Below the pieces are notes generated by a model. That model worked only from the letters and a program-made list of their open reading frames with translations, was not told the DNA's origin and did not search any database. From Azolla caroliniana (taxonomy: Eukaryota; Plantae; Polypodiophyta), in contig JBHGNT010000002.1 in assembly GCA_043228905.1 (NCBI GenBank), positions 15,004,001-15,068,000 on the forward strand: a stretch of DNA of 64,000 nucleotides, written 5' to 3'. This document shows, in pieces, positions 13,161 through 26,300 of the stretch. Each line of letters opens with the position of its first letter. Position 1 is the stretch's first letter. The position numbers were made by a program, and so were the translations under genes.

Positions 13161-13790
13161 TTAGCAAATAAACTGTGTATGACTAGCTAATTAGCTACCA
13201 GAATAGCTAACTAACTACCATAATAGCTAATTACCTACCAATCATAGCAAATTAGCTACCATTCTCAGCTAATTAGTTACCATTCTCAACTAATTAGCTA
13301 CTAGAATAGCTAATTAGCTACCTCTGACTATAGCTAATTAGCTACCTAAGAATATGAGCATAACTATTTAGCTACTAGCATAGCTAATTAGCTGTGTATG
13401 ACTACCTAATTAACTACTAGAATAGCTAACTAGCTAATTAGATGCATATGACTATAGCTAATTACCTACTAGATTAGCTAACTAGCTAATTAGATGCATA
13501 TGACTATAGCTAATTACCTACTAGATTAGCTAACTAGCTATTCGCAATAACTAATTTAGCTATTACCACCTAATTAGTTGCTAGGATAGCTAATTAGCTA
13601 CCAAAATAGCTAATTAGCTAATTAGTTCCTAAGATAGCTAATTAGCTACCAGATTAGCTAACTAGCTATTCCCAATAGCTAATTTAGTTATTACTAGCTA
13701 ATTAGCTACAGTTACCAGAATACCTAATTAGCTACCAAAATAGCTTATTACCTACTATAACAGGTTTGGAGCATAGTTAATCAGCTAATC
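13161..13790. repeat. TAGCTAATTAGCTA palindromic low-complexity array, probably intronic
   Basis: Dozens of tagcta/taatta units ending shortly before a ttttcgcag acceptor at 13810. Confidence 0.85.
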
Positions 13791-13810
13791 AGTATGTCCA
13801 TTTTCGCAGG

Positions 13811-15649
13811 TCGATTTATTTATTAGGTTCAGGCAAATGCATCCAAATATCAAAGTTCAACTACGAACATTCGAGTCTCTTAAGCCACACTTTGTGAGAC
13901 GCTTGAAGGATCAATACACATGTTGTTGCATTTACCATGTACAAATGGGTTTTCTCAAGGACTCTGTTAATCTATTATGTCACCATAGCGCCTCCCTAAC
14001 TAATGTAGTTTGCACTTGTGAGTACCCAATTTGTCGATCGAGCCCGCAAGAGTAAATCATCTGAGCATGTTATCTCTTCCATGAGTTGTCTTTTAGATTC
14101 AGTATTGTGTCCGACAGAAAATGAGGCCATCTTCCACAGTCATAAATGTGTCATAGGTTTATGTCAAGATTGTGGCCTAAGTAGATTTAGGTGGTGTCCA
14201 AATGAATTGAGTAGTGAAATATTAATCTCTGTCAAGTTATTTGGGTAAGTTGACACCAATTTCGAAGGAAAGGTATGTAAAAAAAAGGATCTAGTTAGGA
14301 AGTCGCTTAAACCAAGGGATTTGGCATCTCTATTTGTAGTATGTCTAGGAAAGTTCATTAAACACAACTTCATTTATTCATGGCAAGTCCATCAGTTTAA
14401 GACTTGCATATCTGATTTTCGAAATGATGTAGTAGTCTCAGTAGTAGATTTCATAGAGAATTATACTTTCAAGCAACAAAATGAAATTCAATCTATGCAT
14501 TGGTGTTTAGTGCAGGTAACCATTTTTGTGCACATAACATATTTTTGAGTTTCAGGTGATATTAAAAAATGTAATTCAGTTTTTTATTTCTAATAATAAG
14601 AAGCATGATACCTTGTTCGTCCAACATTGTTTTAACTTACATTGGCAATGGTTATTAGCTAAACTTTTGGAGCTTACTCAACATTGGGTCTGGTCTGATG
14701 GAGTTGCGTCACAATTCAAGGCTAGACGTCCATTTTATTTTGTGGGGAGGTATCTTGCTATAACAGCTTTGGAGATGACATGGAATTGTTTTGGGTCTGA
14801 CCATGGTAAAGGGGAACATGATGGTGCAGGTGTTGTTATAAAGTGGGCACTTACCCATGAACAACTAAAGGCAGATGGTGTGCAGATGAATTGTGCATCA
14901 CATGTAGTTGAATTTTTAAGAGCTAATATGTCAACGAGTGCAACTAGTGTTTATTCCTCGTAGGTCCGAGATATCAAACATGAATTTTGGTAAGTGAAGA
15001 TAGATGAAGTAAGTAGGGAGAAGACCTGGGAGTGCTAAGGAATTCCCGAATTGTGATCTCTCTATGTTGTTCGCGGGGTTGGATGGTCATTGTATTGCGG
15101 TTAGAGAATTAACTTGTTTTTGCTTCCATTGTGTGCAGGGAAATTGGAGGTATTGTTTAAACAAATCATATACTCAGAATTGGGAGTGTTGAACAATATA
15201 CATTGAACAATAAGGAAGCAGTTGATGGAGAAACAGAAAAGAATGTTGACTTCACATATCAAGGACGTGGAGATACTCTAAGTGATGTCTTAAATGTTGG
15301 GGATAATTTCGCTATAAATGCAAAAGAAGGCAATTCAGAGGGTGTTGATTTCTATATATTGAAGTGCACGGTTAATAAACAGTGTGCAACGCAGAATATA
15401 TTAGATGCTTGGGGAAATGTTGTATCTATCGGGACATTCTATATTGAAGGTAGTTTTTATGCAAGAATAGATGATTACAATTATGTGTAAAGGATATTAG
15501 AAGACAAACCAATGGTGTACATGTACTCTCATTTGGTCACGTGCATCAATGTCCCAATGTCACAATACAATAGCTGCTCAAGTTTATACACAGTTAGTGC
15601 TAATGTGTATGAATGTATTTACAACAGTTTGCCATGGAATTTGTGTGAA
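13811..15649 (+). pseudogene. DDE/D transposase pseudogene (Sola2-like)
   Basis: Cys-rich N-part, DFIENY, EIQSMHW, SDGVASQFK, WNCFGSDHGKGEHDG; stops and frameshifts. Confidence 0.75.
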
Positions 15650-15754
15650 TATGAACGTGCAGAAGCGTATTACAAACCGGCTCTACCAGATAGCAACAGT
15701 TAGAGACAAAGGTTCAATGGAAGCTTAACACAGAGAATATGCGCGCGCGCGCGA

Positions 15755-15812
<58 letters not shown>

Positions 15813-16097
15813 ATAACATAAACTCTATTAAAAAATAACACTCTAGATGTACAATATGCTTGACAACACTATTTATACAAGTCCTTGGAGGATTGACAGA
15901 AGTACCATGTACTTCAATGGTTATACGAGCAACTAACACTAACTACGAGGACTCTGACTACTTAGTAGTCTAGACGCTTCTAGGCTACTACTAGCATTCC
16001 GGTTCTCATTTAAATCCGGCTCCCCGATCCGTCTCTCCGATACGGCTCCTAGTTTCGGATATCATCCGGTTCTTCGTCCTGGATACCGATCTGGATC
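15650..16097 (-). repeat. Copia LTR fragment containing a (GC)n(GA)n microsatellite
   Basis: Homologous to the 11384 LTR (tacaagtcctt...gtacttcaatg...acactaact). Confidence 0.65.
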
Positions 16098-16582
16098 TGT
16101 TAAGAGTCTATTACTAATCAATAGACCAAACTAAAGTAAAAGAAGGAAAATAGAATGGATAGAAGAACCCATTCCACCCGACCAGCCCTGAGCTATGATC
16201 TAGATATAGCCAACCTACCACCGACGTCCCATACCGCCGGATATTAGGATGACTAATACCTTGGAAGAGATAAACACGATAGTCAAGACGAAAGCCTAGA
16301 CCACACCACCGGTGTCTAAGATAGCAGCCTTCCGACGTAATGTCCTTATGAGGGTAGCTAAGCCTCATATTTATACCTTTTCCTAGGCCCCTTGAATAGA
16401 TGTTCCTTTCTAAAAGGCTCTCGATTCATTGGTTGTCCAAATCATGATAGTGCATGTGCCTATCATTCCTTCTATCCAATCAGTAGTCCCTTTTTTAACA
16501 TTAGTGAACATACACTTCACTAATGTAAATATTGGTAACCTACCCTCACCAACGTTATGTGTACATAACATACTCCCCTACT

Positions 16583-19500
16583 TCAAAGATTGCACTCTTG
16601 CAATATAAAGTGAGGAAATTTTTCCTTAAGAGTATGCTCGCGTTCCCATGTGGCATCATCAATAGGTTTATCCATCCATTTGATCTTGAATAGCCGAATC
16701 TCTTTAGAACGTAAACGTTTAGTACGAGAATCAAGAATTCGTTCAAGAACATGAGGTTTGTAAGAAAAATCCTCTAATGTTACAAGATCTTGGATTGTGA
16801 TGGTGTTATCACCAGAGCCTAAAACTGGTTTTAGACGACTAACGTGGAAAACATGATGAATACCAACATTACGGGGTAAGGCAAGGTGATAAGCAGATGA
16901 CCCCACACGCTTAAGGATTTCAAATGGGCCACAATATCGTGGAGCTAACTTAGCACACTTGCCCATAGACAATGACATACAGTCAGTAGGGATACGCAAA
17001 AAAACTTGTTGACCAATAGTAAATGCATGAGGACGTCTATCCTGATCAACATAAAATTGAGCATGTTCTTGAGCCGTCTTGACATTCTCTTTGGCAATAT
17101 GCAACATTTGGTTCATGTCTTGCAAAAAATTGCGTGTACTGACTAATGTATCACGATGAATCGTGACATCAACTGGGGCACGTGGCTCAAAACCATACAT
17201 CAACATAAAAGGACTATATCAAGTGGATGTATGTTTAGAGCTATTATAGGCAAATTCTAAGATAAGAAGGTATTGCTCCCACTTAGAAGGGGTTTTGCTA
17301 CATAAGCTGGAAGCATGTCCTCAATAATTTGATTAACTCGTTCAATTTGTCCATCAGACTGAGGATGATGTGACATCAATTGGGGCACGTGGCTGAAAAC
17401 CATACATCAACATAAAAGGACTATATCCAATGGATATATGTTTAGAGCTATTATAGGCAAATTCTAAGATAGGAAGGTATTGCTCCCACTTAGAAGAGGT
17501 TTTTGCTACATAAGCTCGAAGCTGTCCTCAATAACTTGATTAACTCGTTCAGTTTGTCCATCAGACTTAGAATGATCTGCAGAACTCATGCTCAACGTAG
17601 TTTCTAGTTTCTTAAAGACCTGAGTCCAAAAGTCACTAGTAAACTTGGAATCTCGATCACTAGCAATATGCATCGGTAATCCATAAAAGCGAAATAACTC
17701 ATCAAAATTGATAAGCCAATTGTTGAGCAGTTACCGTGGCTTTCGTAGGAATAAATCTAGCCAATTTTGTTAGTCTGTCAACGACAACCCAAATGGCATC
17801 ATGACCCCTCTGTGTACGATGTAAACTAACAATAAAATCCATCGAGATACTTTCCCATTTGTTGTTCGGAATATCTAAGGGATGTAAAAGACCCACAGCT
17901 TTAAGTCATTTCGACTTATTAATCTGACATTGTAAGGATTGAGTTATGTATTTATGCACGTCAGAGCGCATCTTAGGCCAGGAAAAAGTACTCGAAATGA
18001 GAACGAGTGTGCATTTTATTCCAAGATGACCAGCAGATGGTGCATCATGACATTCATGAAGAATTTTCTGTTTTACATTTGGTAAATCTAGAACACAGAC
18101 CTTTCCACTACGGTAGAGCAAACCGTTTGTAATGTGAATGGTCGCCTTCGAGGGTAGGGTGCCAGTATCGGCATCTAAACCAAATTTGGCTTTCATCCAG
18201 TATTTTGAGAAATAACTGTCATCATGGTATTTCCCTCGAAGGTGATCTAAAAGATCAGATATTTTTTCTGTGAAGCTGAGCATGTTAACTTCTTTAATGC
18301 AACTAAGACCATCCGCAACAATGTTCATAGAACCCTTGCGATACTGTATGGAAAAATTAAAATCTTGCATAAGGTCAGCCCAACGGCATTTACGACCAAC
18401 AAGATCTAGTTGGTCACAAAAATACTTCAATGATTGATGGTCTGTTGTAACCACAAATTTATTTCCATAGAGATAGTGCTTCCATGTTTTAAGTGCATGT
18501 ATTACCGCAAACAATTCTTTCTCTTGAACTGAATACTGAGATTGAGCAACATCAAGCTTCTCACTTTTAAAAGAAATAGGGTGACCGCCTTGATAAAGAA
18601 CAACACCAATAGCATAATCACTAGCATCGGTTTCCATTGAGAAAGGCTTAGACGGGTCTGGTAATAGAAGAGTGGGAGCCTGACACACATGCTCTTTGAG
18701 TGTCTCAAATGATTTGACAAGTTTTTCATTCCATGTAATTGGTTTGACAGACTTACATGGATGACCTTTTAAAAGGTCAGTTAGTGACGTAGTCAATTTG
18801 GAATAGTTACGAATTGATTTTCGTAAAACTCCAACAAACCCTAAGAATGATCGAAGTTCGCGAATATTATGAGGAATGGGCCAAAGTTTAACCTTTTCAA
18901 TACGAGAAGGTTCAATTTCAACACTATTTTCCGGAATTAAATGACCTAGGTACACAATAGATTTTTGGAAACAATCACGTTTTAAATGTTTTGCATAGAA
19001 AGAGTTGTCACGCAACTTTTGCAAAACAAAGCAAACATGTTGACCATTATCTTGCAAGGTACGGCTATATATCAAACTATCATCCAAGAAGACGACAACA
19101 AAATCACCGAGTTGATCTTGAAAAACGTCATTCATCGCTTGTTGGAATGTGGCTGGAGCATTAGTCAATCCGAAAGGCATGACTAAAAACTCATAATGGC
19201 CATAGTGCTTACGAAAAGTGGTTTTAGGAATATCATCCTTGGCAATGCGAATCTAATGATAACCTGTCGATAAGTAAATTTTCGTAAAATATCTGGCCCC
19301 GTGCAAACAATCAATCCAAGCATCGCCAAGGTAACGGATATGCATTTTAAATTTTCGTTTTATTCAAACGGTCATAATTGATACACATTCGCCATGAACC
19401 TTCCTTCTTCTTAACTAATAGAACTGGCTCACCGAAAGGTGATTTACTATACCTAATGTGGCTCATACTCAAGTATTGCTTAAGTTGTTTAGCGATCTCA

Positions 19501-21110
19501 TCCTCTTCTAATCGACTAAGTTGGTAAGGTGGAATGCGCACAGGAGCAGCACCAGGAATGAGTTCAATTAGATGGTCCACATTATGTTTTGGTGGTAAAG
19601 TAAGTGGCAATTCATTAGGGAACACATCTTGAAATCATCTAAAATAGAGTCAAGTAATCGTTGTTCATAATGTGGTAATTATGTGGCATCAATATTAAAA
19701 TAATAAAATTGAAGCGTAGGATCAATTACACACGAATAAATTAATGAACTAGAATACTCACTTTAAGATTTAGAAGACACAAGTGAACAAGAAGGAAGTC
19801 TAGAACATTGAATAAAATGTTTACAATTATTAAGTTCAAATGTGATTGAGTGATTAACCCAATCAATGGACAAAGAAGGGTTTGTATTAAAAAACCAAGG
19901 GTATCCTAAAATGACATCTGCGGATTGTAGTTTCATAACATGAAAATCTAGCTTCTCCAAATAGGTATCTATTTGAATTAGCAATTGACAAACAATGCCA
20001 CTGATGTATTGAATGCTTCCATTTGCCATGTGAACTTGATAGATATGATCACTTGGTTTTATGTGGAGTTCCATTTGTTGCACAAAGTAATAATTAAGAA
20101 AATTGTGAGAACTATCGGAATCAAACAAAAATGTGCTTGTGTTCCATTGATATACCCGACTGCTCGGAGTAAATCATGAGGTCCAAGTAAATGTGAAGGA
20201 AAAGTGCATTCACATGAACTCAAGTGGTTGGTATGAACTTCAACAACATCAAAAGACTCACCTATGTGACTCGTAGATTTGTCTTGAGGAGGAGTGTTCA
20301 TTGACTTCCTCTCAAGACGATGACATGTATCGTTTGTGTGGCCCCACTTCTTACAATATGCACAGAAGAGGTTCGGTTTCTTGGAGTCGCGGTCAAGAGT
20401 GTCACTGGATTGCTTACATTTCCCAATGAACTTAACATTCTGAGTTTTGGCGAACTTAGGTCCTTGGCATGGACAATCCAATGGTAATCCCCATTGGGAA
20501 TACCATTCAAAAAGCAAGCAACAAACCATTTCTCACCTGTAAGTCCCGATTTTTGGATCTGGGACCCAACATGATGCACATAATCCTCGAGAGAGGTAGA
20601 TGGCTTACTCGACAACGTGAGCAAGTGTTGCGCTTATTCAGTTTAAGAAGGTGGCTGGAAAAACGTTTTCTTAAAAACATCAACGAAAACTTCCCAAGTT
20701 GTGGGTAAGTTCTGTGCAGTCCTAAGGCCGCGGCACCAAGCAGCAACTCGGCCACCTAACTCACGACCGGCATAACCAATTTTTACAGCATTGGGCTTTG
20801 GGTGGAGCTCAAAGTGAGACTCACAATGACCAAACTAAGTGCTAATGGTGTCCTTGGTTCTTTCTTTCTTATCTCCCTTGAATGAAGTTACTACGAAAGA
20901 AGGTTCACCTTCTTTCTTGGACTCAATAGTCAATTCTTTGAATTTCTTTTCAATGCTATATTGGCTTGCCTCATTTCAGCCATTTGATTCAAGGTAGTAG
21001 TGAGCAATTGCTCAATAGTGATCTCAGCTTGTGTGCGAGATGCAAATTGGAGTTGAGAGGCCTCGGTCGGAGAGATTGCTCCAACAACGTTCAAAACTTG
21101 TTCCATCATG
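16583..21110 (-). pseudogene. gag-pol of H including a C-terminal chromodomain
   Basis: CAYCKKWGH zinc knuckle, MPFGLTNAPATF, ETDASDYAIG, WESISMDF, LAPRYCGPF, WMDKPIDDATWE. Confidence 0.9.
17163..17575. repeat. ~207-bp tandem duplication inside the H integrase
   Basis: gtgacatcaaYtggggcacgtggct at 17163 and 17370. Confidence 0.85.
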
Positions 21111-22084
21111 CAAGTTGTGGTTATGCAATATAAATAAGGAGGTTCAGAAAATACACAAGCAAAATGAATGCTTGAAATTTTGATTGGAAGAACTTTACCA
21201 AGAAAGCATCTCACGTCTTTACCTCTCTAGACATATGAGATCTGATTCGAGATCCGATAACTATGGTAACACTATGGTGTTTTAAAAACCATGGGGGCAA
21301 ACATAGCTAAGATGTCTTTCTTGGATCTCTGTCTTGAGTAATCATGGCGGCTCCCCAAGGCGCAACCATGGTTCCAACATCAATGTAATTTCCTAGTTAG
21401 CCTTATATTAATGCCAACCCAACATGTATTGATATGGTCGAGAAAGTGTATTACGTGAAAAAAACAAGTGCACTCGCAAGTAATATTCCAGTCTTGCGAG
21501 TAACAAGCAAATGTGATGATAAAATGATAAAATAAGGCACTACCCATTAGAGGCAAGTAGTGACAAAAACAAGGGTCAGAAAACCCATGTACTACCTACT
21601 AAAAAAACAATGTCACAAATAAATGGGAGGTGTGAGGAATGCAAATATACATCCCAATATGATGGTTGTAATTTGCACAATTGTGACATAAGCCACAAAT
21701 TGATACGCAAAGATGTGGTACTCAAATCCAGGAAGATGTGTAATTTTACTCGAGTTCTAAGGCTCGATAATATGAGTTAAACGTAGATGATTCATTGGAA
21801 AAAATCATTAAAAAAAAATGGGATAATGCCCACTCCATACGAAAAAAATAGTCTACTCGGAAGCGTTACATCATAGGTAAACGCATGTAAATACTTTATA
21901 CACGAAAAGGAAGGGGGAAAAGGAGACTTAATTGTGGGCTAGTAAACAATAATTACGAGATAATCATATAAGTGAAATGACAATTTGTGGAATTAGATAT
22001 TAATTAGAATAATAAGCAATTAGGTGTATGGAACATTAAGCATGCCTTAAGGTACGAAACCCTAGAGTAGTCGACATGCACATC

Positions 22085-22525
22085 CTCAAGACCACCACAT
22101 CTCCCTAGTATCGGCCAAGTGATGGATCAATAAAGAGTAAAGTGACATAGGTAAGCGACATATACCTCGTCAAGGCCACAACTTCCCATAGAATCGGCCA
22201 AGTGATGGCTCAATAGAGAGTAGAGTGGCATAGGTAGACGACATACACCTCGTCATGGCCACAACATCCCATAGACTCGGCCAAGTGATGGCTCAATAGA
22301 GGGAAGAGTGGCATACTCAACATCATATGCAAAAGGTTCATGAGGTGAATGTGTGCGATTAGGGCAAACACGCTCGACCCAATGCACAACAATAATTAAT
22401 ATCATAAGAGAAGGCTCAAGAGAGGGGAGCATAGGAGATACATCGCAATATACAAAAGGGCCATGAGTTGAGCGTGTGCGATTAGTGCAAACACGCTCGG
22501 CCCGATGCACAAGAATAATTAATAC
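22085..22525. repeat. 83-bp x3 and ~120-bp x2 tandem repeats in the H leader
   Basis: cggccaagtgatgg at 22112, 22195, 22278; gtgcgattag...aaacacgctcg twice. Confidence 0.8.
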
Positions 22526-22626
22526 AAATTTGATTCGACCAACAAGAACACATCATAGAAAGAAGAGAGATCAAGAAAGAAGAATACCGGGTTTAGAGTG
22601 TTGTTTTGATCCTGAGAAGAGCATGA

Positions 22627-23147
22627 CGAGTCTTGTTAGATCCCCATTGCTCACACGCAAAAAATATCAAAACAACAAAAAAATTGCTAGTAAAAGATTT
22701 GATACCATTGTTAAGAGTCTATTATTAATCAATAGACCAAACTAAAGTAAAAGAAGGAAAATAGAATGGATAAAAGAACTCGTTCCACTTGACCACCCCC
22801 GAGCTATGATCTAGGCATAGCCAACCTACCACCAACGTCCCACACCACCGGATATTAGGATGACTAATACCTTGGAATAGATAAACCGAGTCTTGTTAGA
22901 TCCCCATTGCTCACACGCAAAAAATATCAAAACAACAAAAAAATTGCTAGTAAAAGATTTGATACCATTGTTAAGAGTCTATTATTAATCAATAGACCAA
23001 ACTAAAGTAAAAGAAGGAAAATAGAATGGATAAAAGAACTCGTTCCACTTGACCACCCCCGAGCTATGATCTAGGCATAGCCAACCTACCACCAACGTCC
23101 CACACCACCGGATATTAGGATGACTAATACCTTGGAATAGATAAACA
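22627..23147. repeat. 260-bp tandem duplication spanning the PBS and U5 end of the H 5' LTR
   Basis: gataccattgttaagagtc occurs twice, with LTR starts at 22709 and 22969. Confidence 0.9.
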
Positions 23148-23441
23148 CGATCGTCGAGACGAAAGCCTAGCCCGCACCACTGGTGTCTAAGACAACAACC
23201 TTTCGATGTAATGTCCTTCTGAGGGTAGCTAAGCCTCATATTTATACCTTTTCCTAGGCCCCTTGAATAGATGCGCCTTTCTAAAAGGCTCTCCATTCAT
23301 TGGTTGTCCAAATCATGATAATGCATGCACCTATCATTCCTTCTATCCAATCATTAGTCCCCTTTTTAACATTAGTGAACATACCCTTCACTAATGTAAA
23401 TATTAGTGATGTACCCTCACCAACGTTATGTCTACATAACA

Positions 23442-24861
23442 TCTCGAGCTCACACACTTCCACCACCTTAGTCATGTACGCATAGTGATGCGCCATGTAC
23501 TCATTGTACCCGTACCTCATGACGAGGTTCTTCTGGGGGGTTGACCGGTGTAACTTGTCATTACCCGGTTTGAGACCCTTCTTGGCTGCTCTGGACTTCA
23601 TTTCTGAAGATCCGCCTTCTCCCTTTCCGGGATCAGACTCACTTCGATCTGACCCTTCACTACCGGTATTGTATTCCGACATCTTCTTCTTCCCCTTCTC
23701 TTTTCGCGTGAACCATCTCCTACACTCCTTGCACGGGGAGAGCACGACAGAGTCTCCACTACTCGCTGGTTCTTCAACCGAATGGTCATCCTGACTCAGC
23801 TACTCATTCAGCCCACTTAGCCGGAATGAGATCAGACTCTCTTCTAGAGTGCCAAAGTGTTCATCTTCTACCTGGACCTCCTCGGGCTCACTAGCCTCCT
23901 CTTCCAGAATCAGGTCGGAGTCGGAGTTTGGAGTCGCTAGAGAGTATCATGATGCCAACTCATCAAACTCGACATCTCGGCTTACTCGGACCTGCTTAGT
24001 TCGGGGGTTATAACACTTATACCCCTTCTGCTCATGCGAGTAACCGACAAGGATGCACTTCTCCGACTTCGGATCTAGCTTCCTCCGCTTCTCATCCGGT
24101 TCATGCACATATGCTATGCTACCGAATATCCGAAGGTGCCTCAAATTGCGCTTGCGCCCGAAATACAACTCGTGTGGAGACACCTCGGCTGCCCGGATCG
24201 CCTCAGCCTAGTAGATTTTGGGCATGCTCTTTTCCTCCAACATTGCTCTCGCTGCGTCAACAATCGATTGGTTCTTTCTTTCGGCCCCACCATTTGTTCC
24301 GGTGTGTACCTGGAGCTGAATTCTCTTCAACTCCCTTCTACTACAGATAACTATTGAATTGGCCGGAAAAGTATTATTTTCCACCATCTGACTGCAGGCA
24401 TTTTATCTTCCTCCCTATTTCCCTTTCGACTAAGCTTTGAAGGTTCCGGAAATAGTCGAAGACTTTGCTTTTCTTCTCGATGAGGTAGATCCACATATGT
24501 CGGTTGTAGTCGTCGATGAAGGAGACGAAATACCGACTCCTATCAAGACTAACGTTTTGTGTTGGTCCCCATACATCTGAATGGATTAAGTTGAGATTGT
24601 TACGGCTCTGGTTTCGTTCGGTGGGGAATGGAAGCCGGTGTTGCTTCCCGAGCTAGCAGGCTTCACAAATTTGGGCCTTCAGGCCACTGAATTTCGGAAA
24701 ACTGAACACAACTTGTTTCGATTGCCATTCCTGAAGCCTCCGGTATTTGACGTGGCTGATCCTCTTGTGCCAGAGATCGATGTCCGATTCAATATTTTGT
24801 CCTTTGGCAAACATGGTGGTGCCGACGTCATTAGTGTTGGGGATGAACATCCTCCCTTCTC
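23442..24861 (-). pseudogene. Copia GAG-pre-integrase/integrase fragment
   Basis: DIDLWHKRISH, ICEAC, LRIFGSIAYVH, KLDPKSEKCILVGYS. Confidence 0.9.
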
Positions 24862-24884
24862 TGGTTCAACATATGTGCGGATAC
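24862..24884 (+). mobile_element. Left stub of Gypsy G (codons GSTYVRI), ending in TSD GATAC
   Basis: Joins in frame to RSQDGTSSVQFLTV after 59299; matches the homologous segments in B and F. Confidence 0.75.
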
Positions 24885-25323
24885 TGTTACCGATTAGGAA
24901 CAAGGTCTGTGGTCAGTCCTTCGACCTAGACCTCCAAGTGGTTGTGGAACATCGAATAGGCGTCTATGCGTAATGCGTAGGGGAATGTTCCTTGTAGCCT
25001 ATTAGCGTATAAGGGAGACGGCTACAACCGACTCCTTAGCAATGGTTACACTTACGTTCTTACACGCTCTGGTATTCCAGATATACAGTAAATTAGCCCT
25101 AGCTATACACAGACTTTCAGAGAAGATAGAATTCTATTATGATATGTTCCTTTACATTCCAAAATTACATGCTCCCTCTATCAAAGGTTTTCTGCCCTTT
25201 ATATATGCAGGGTCTATTTAGCCGTTCACACTTCCTGCGTGAACCGTTACATGCGTTATGATCTTATATTACTTCTTATTCCTACGCTCTTGTCCATCGG
25301 TTACTATTCCGGCGTACAACACT

Positions 25324-25345
25324 TGGCACACCTGTGGGACAGTGC
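25324..25345 (-). promoter_or_regulatory. tRNA-3'-end-like motif (inverted PBS) at the PPT position of E
   Basis: Element sense GGCACTGTCCCACAGGTGTGCCA-AG then LTR; no purine tract. Confidence 0.7.
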
Positions 25346-26300
25346 CCTAACACGTCGGACCCATCCCGTTACTCTTCTTCCAGAATGGCCCGGATGTTTG
25401 GCTCTGTTGCGGTGTCCGCGTCGAGAGGCGACGTAGGGCCCGTAGGTGCATCGTGGTGGGGCTCCCGTGTTTGGTCGGAATGGTTTCTCCCGGTGTCGCA
25501 GTCGTCATGTGTGGTCGGTCCGGGTATGGTGGGCTCTTCTTGAGCTAGTGGGTTGGCCTCCGCCGTCGTCATGCTTGAGGTCGGCCGCGGCGTTGTCTCA
25601 ATCATTACTTCCTCCGCGGTGTCGGTCGTCTTTGTACGTTCCGAGGAGTGGGGCTACGATTCCGCCTGGCCCACACTATTCTCCATGTGGTCCGATGATA
25701 GCGTGGGTTCGTGCGGATGAACCTCCTCTTGGGCAATGGTTTCGCTGTCTGGTACTGTGGGGGACTCCGCTCGTCGGTCCGCGCTGTACAACGTCGTTGT
25801 AATTTCTGGTGATCTGGCCTGAGGTTTCTGATCTTCGGCCGTGCCCGGAATTGGCGTCGTGCTGCATTCCTCATTTGTTCGCGTGTTGCCGGCTTGTGTG
25901 ATCTGGTGAAATAGCTCCTCCTTGCTTTCACCAAAATCGTCTAAGAGTTGCGCCAGTTCTTCGGAGTGTTGGTTCGCTAGTGCACGATAGTCTTGCGCTA
26001 GGTCCTCTCGTATGGCCGCAATGCTCTCCTCATTTAGTTTATAGAAACCTCGACCGTCTTTTCACCAGTTCTCCCAGTCCGCACGATATGCGTTGTCGTG
26101 CCTTTCGGCTCCAGATCATTGCGTGAATCGGGTGGGAACTGCTGAGGTTTTGGACTAGGAGAAAGAAGAATATGAGATAAGGCTCTTTATGAATCGATTG
26201 TAAGAAAGAGAAATATTTGAAAGAAGATATGAACCTCGTGAATCCCACGATTATAGTGTATTAATTGATACTTAGAATGTAAGAGAGAAATAGATGGAAT

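Larger units (their letters stand above)
12284..15649 (+). mobile_element. Degenerate Sola2-like DNA transposon, right end missing
   Basis: Candidate GAG terminus followed by repeated GCAcCATAAA-like subterminal motifs, internal tandem repeats and a transposase pseudogene. Confidence 0.5.
16098..23441 (-). mobile_element. Chromovirus Gypsy element H with two 473-bp LTRs (16098-16570, 22969-23441)
   Basis: Direct TG...CA repeats, PBS tggtatcaaa (iMet-like), PPT gaagtaggggag, gag-PR-RT-RH-INT-chromodomain; no matching TSD. Confidence 0.9.
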
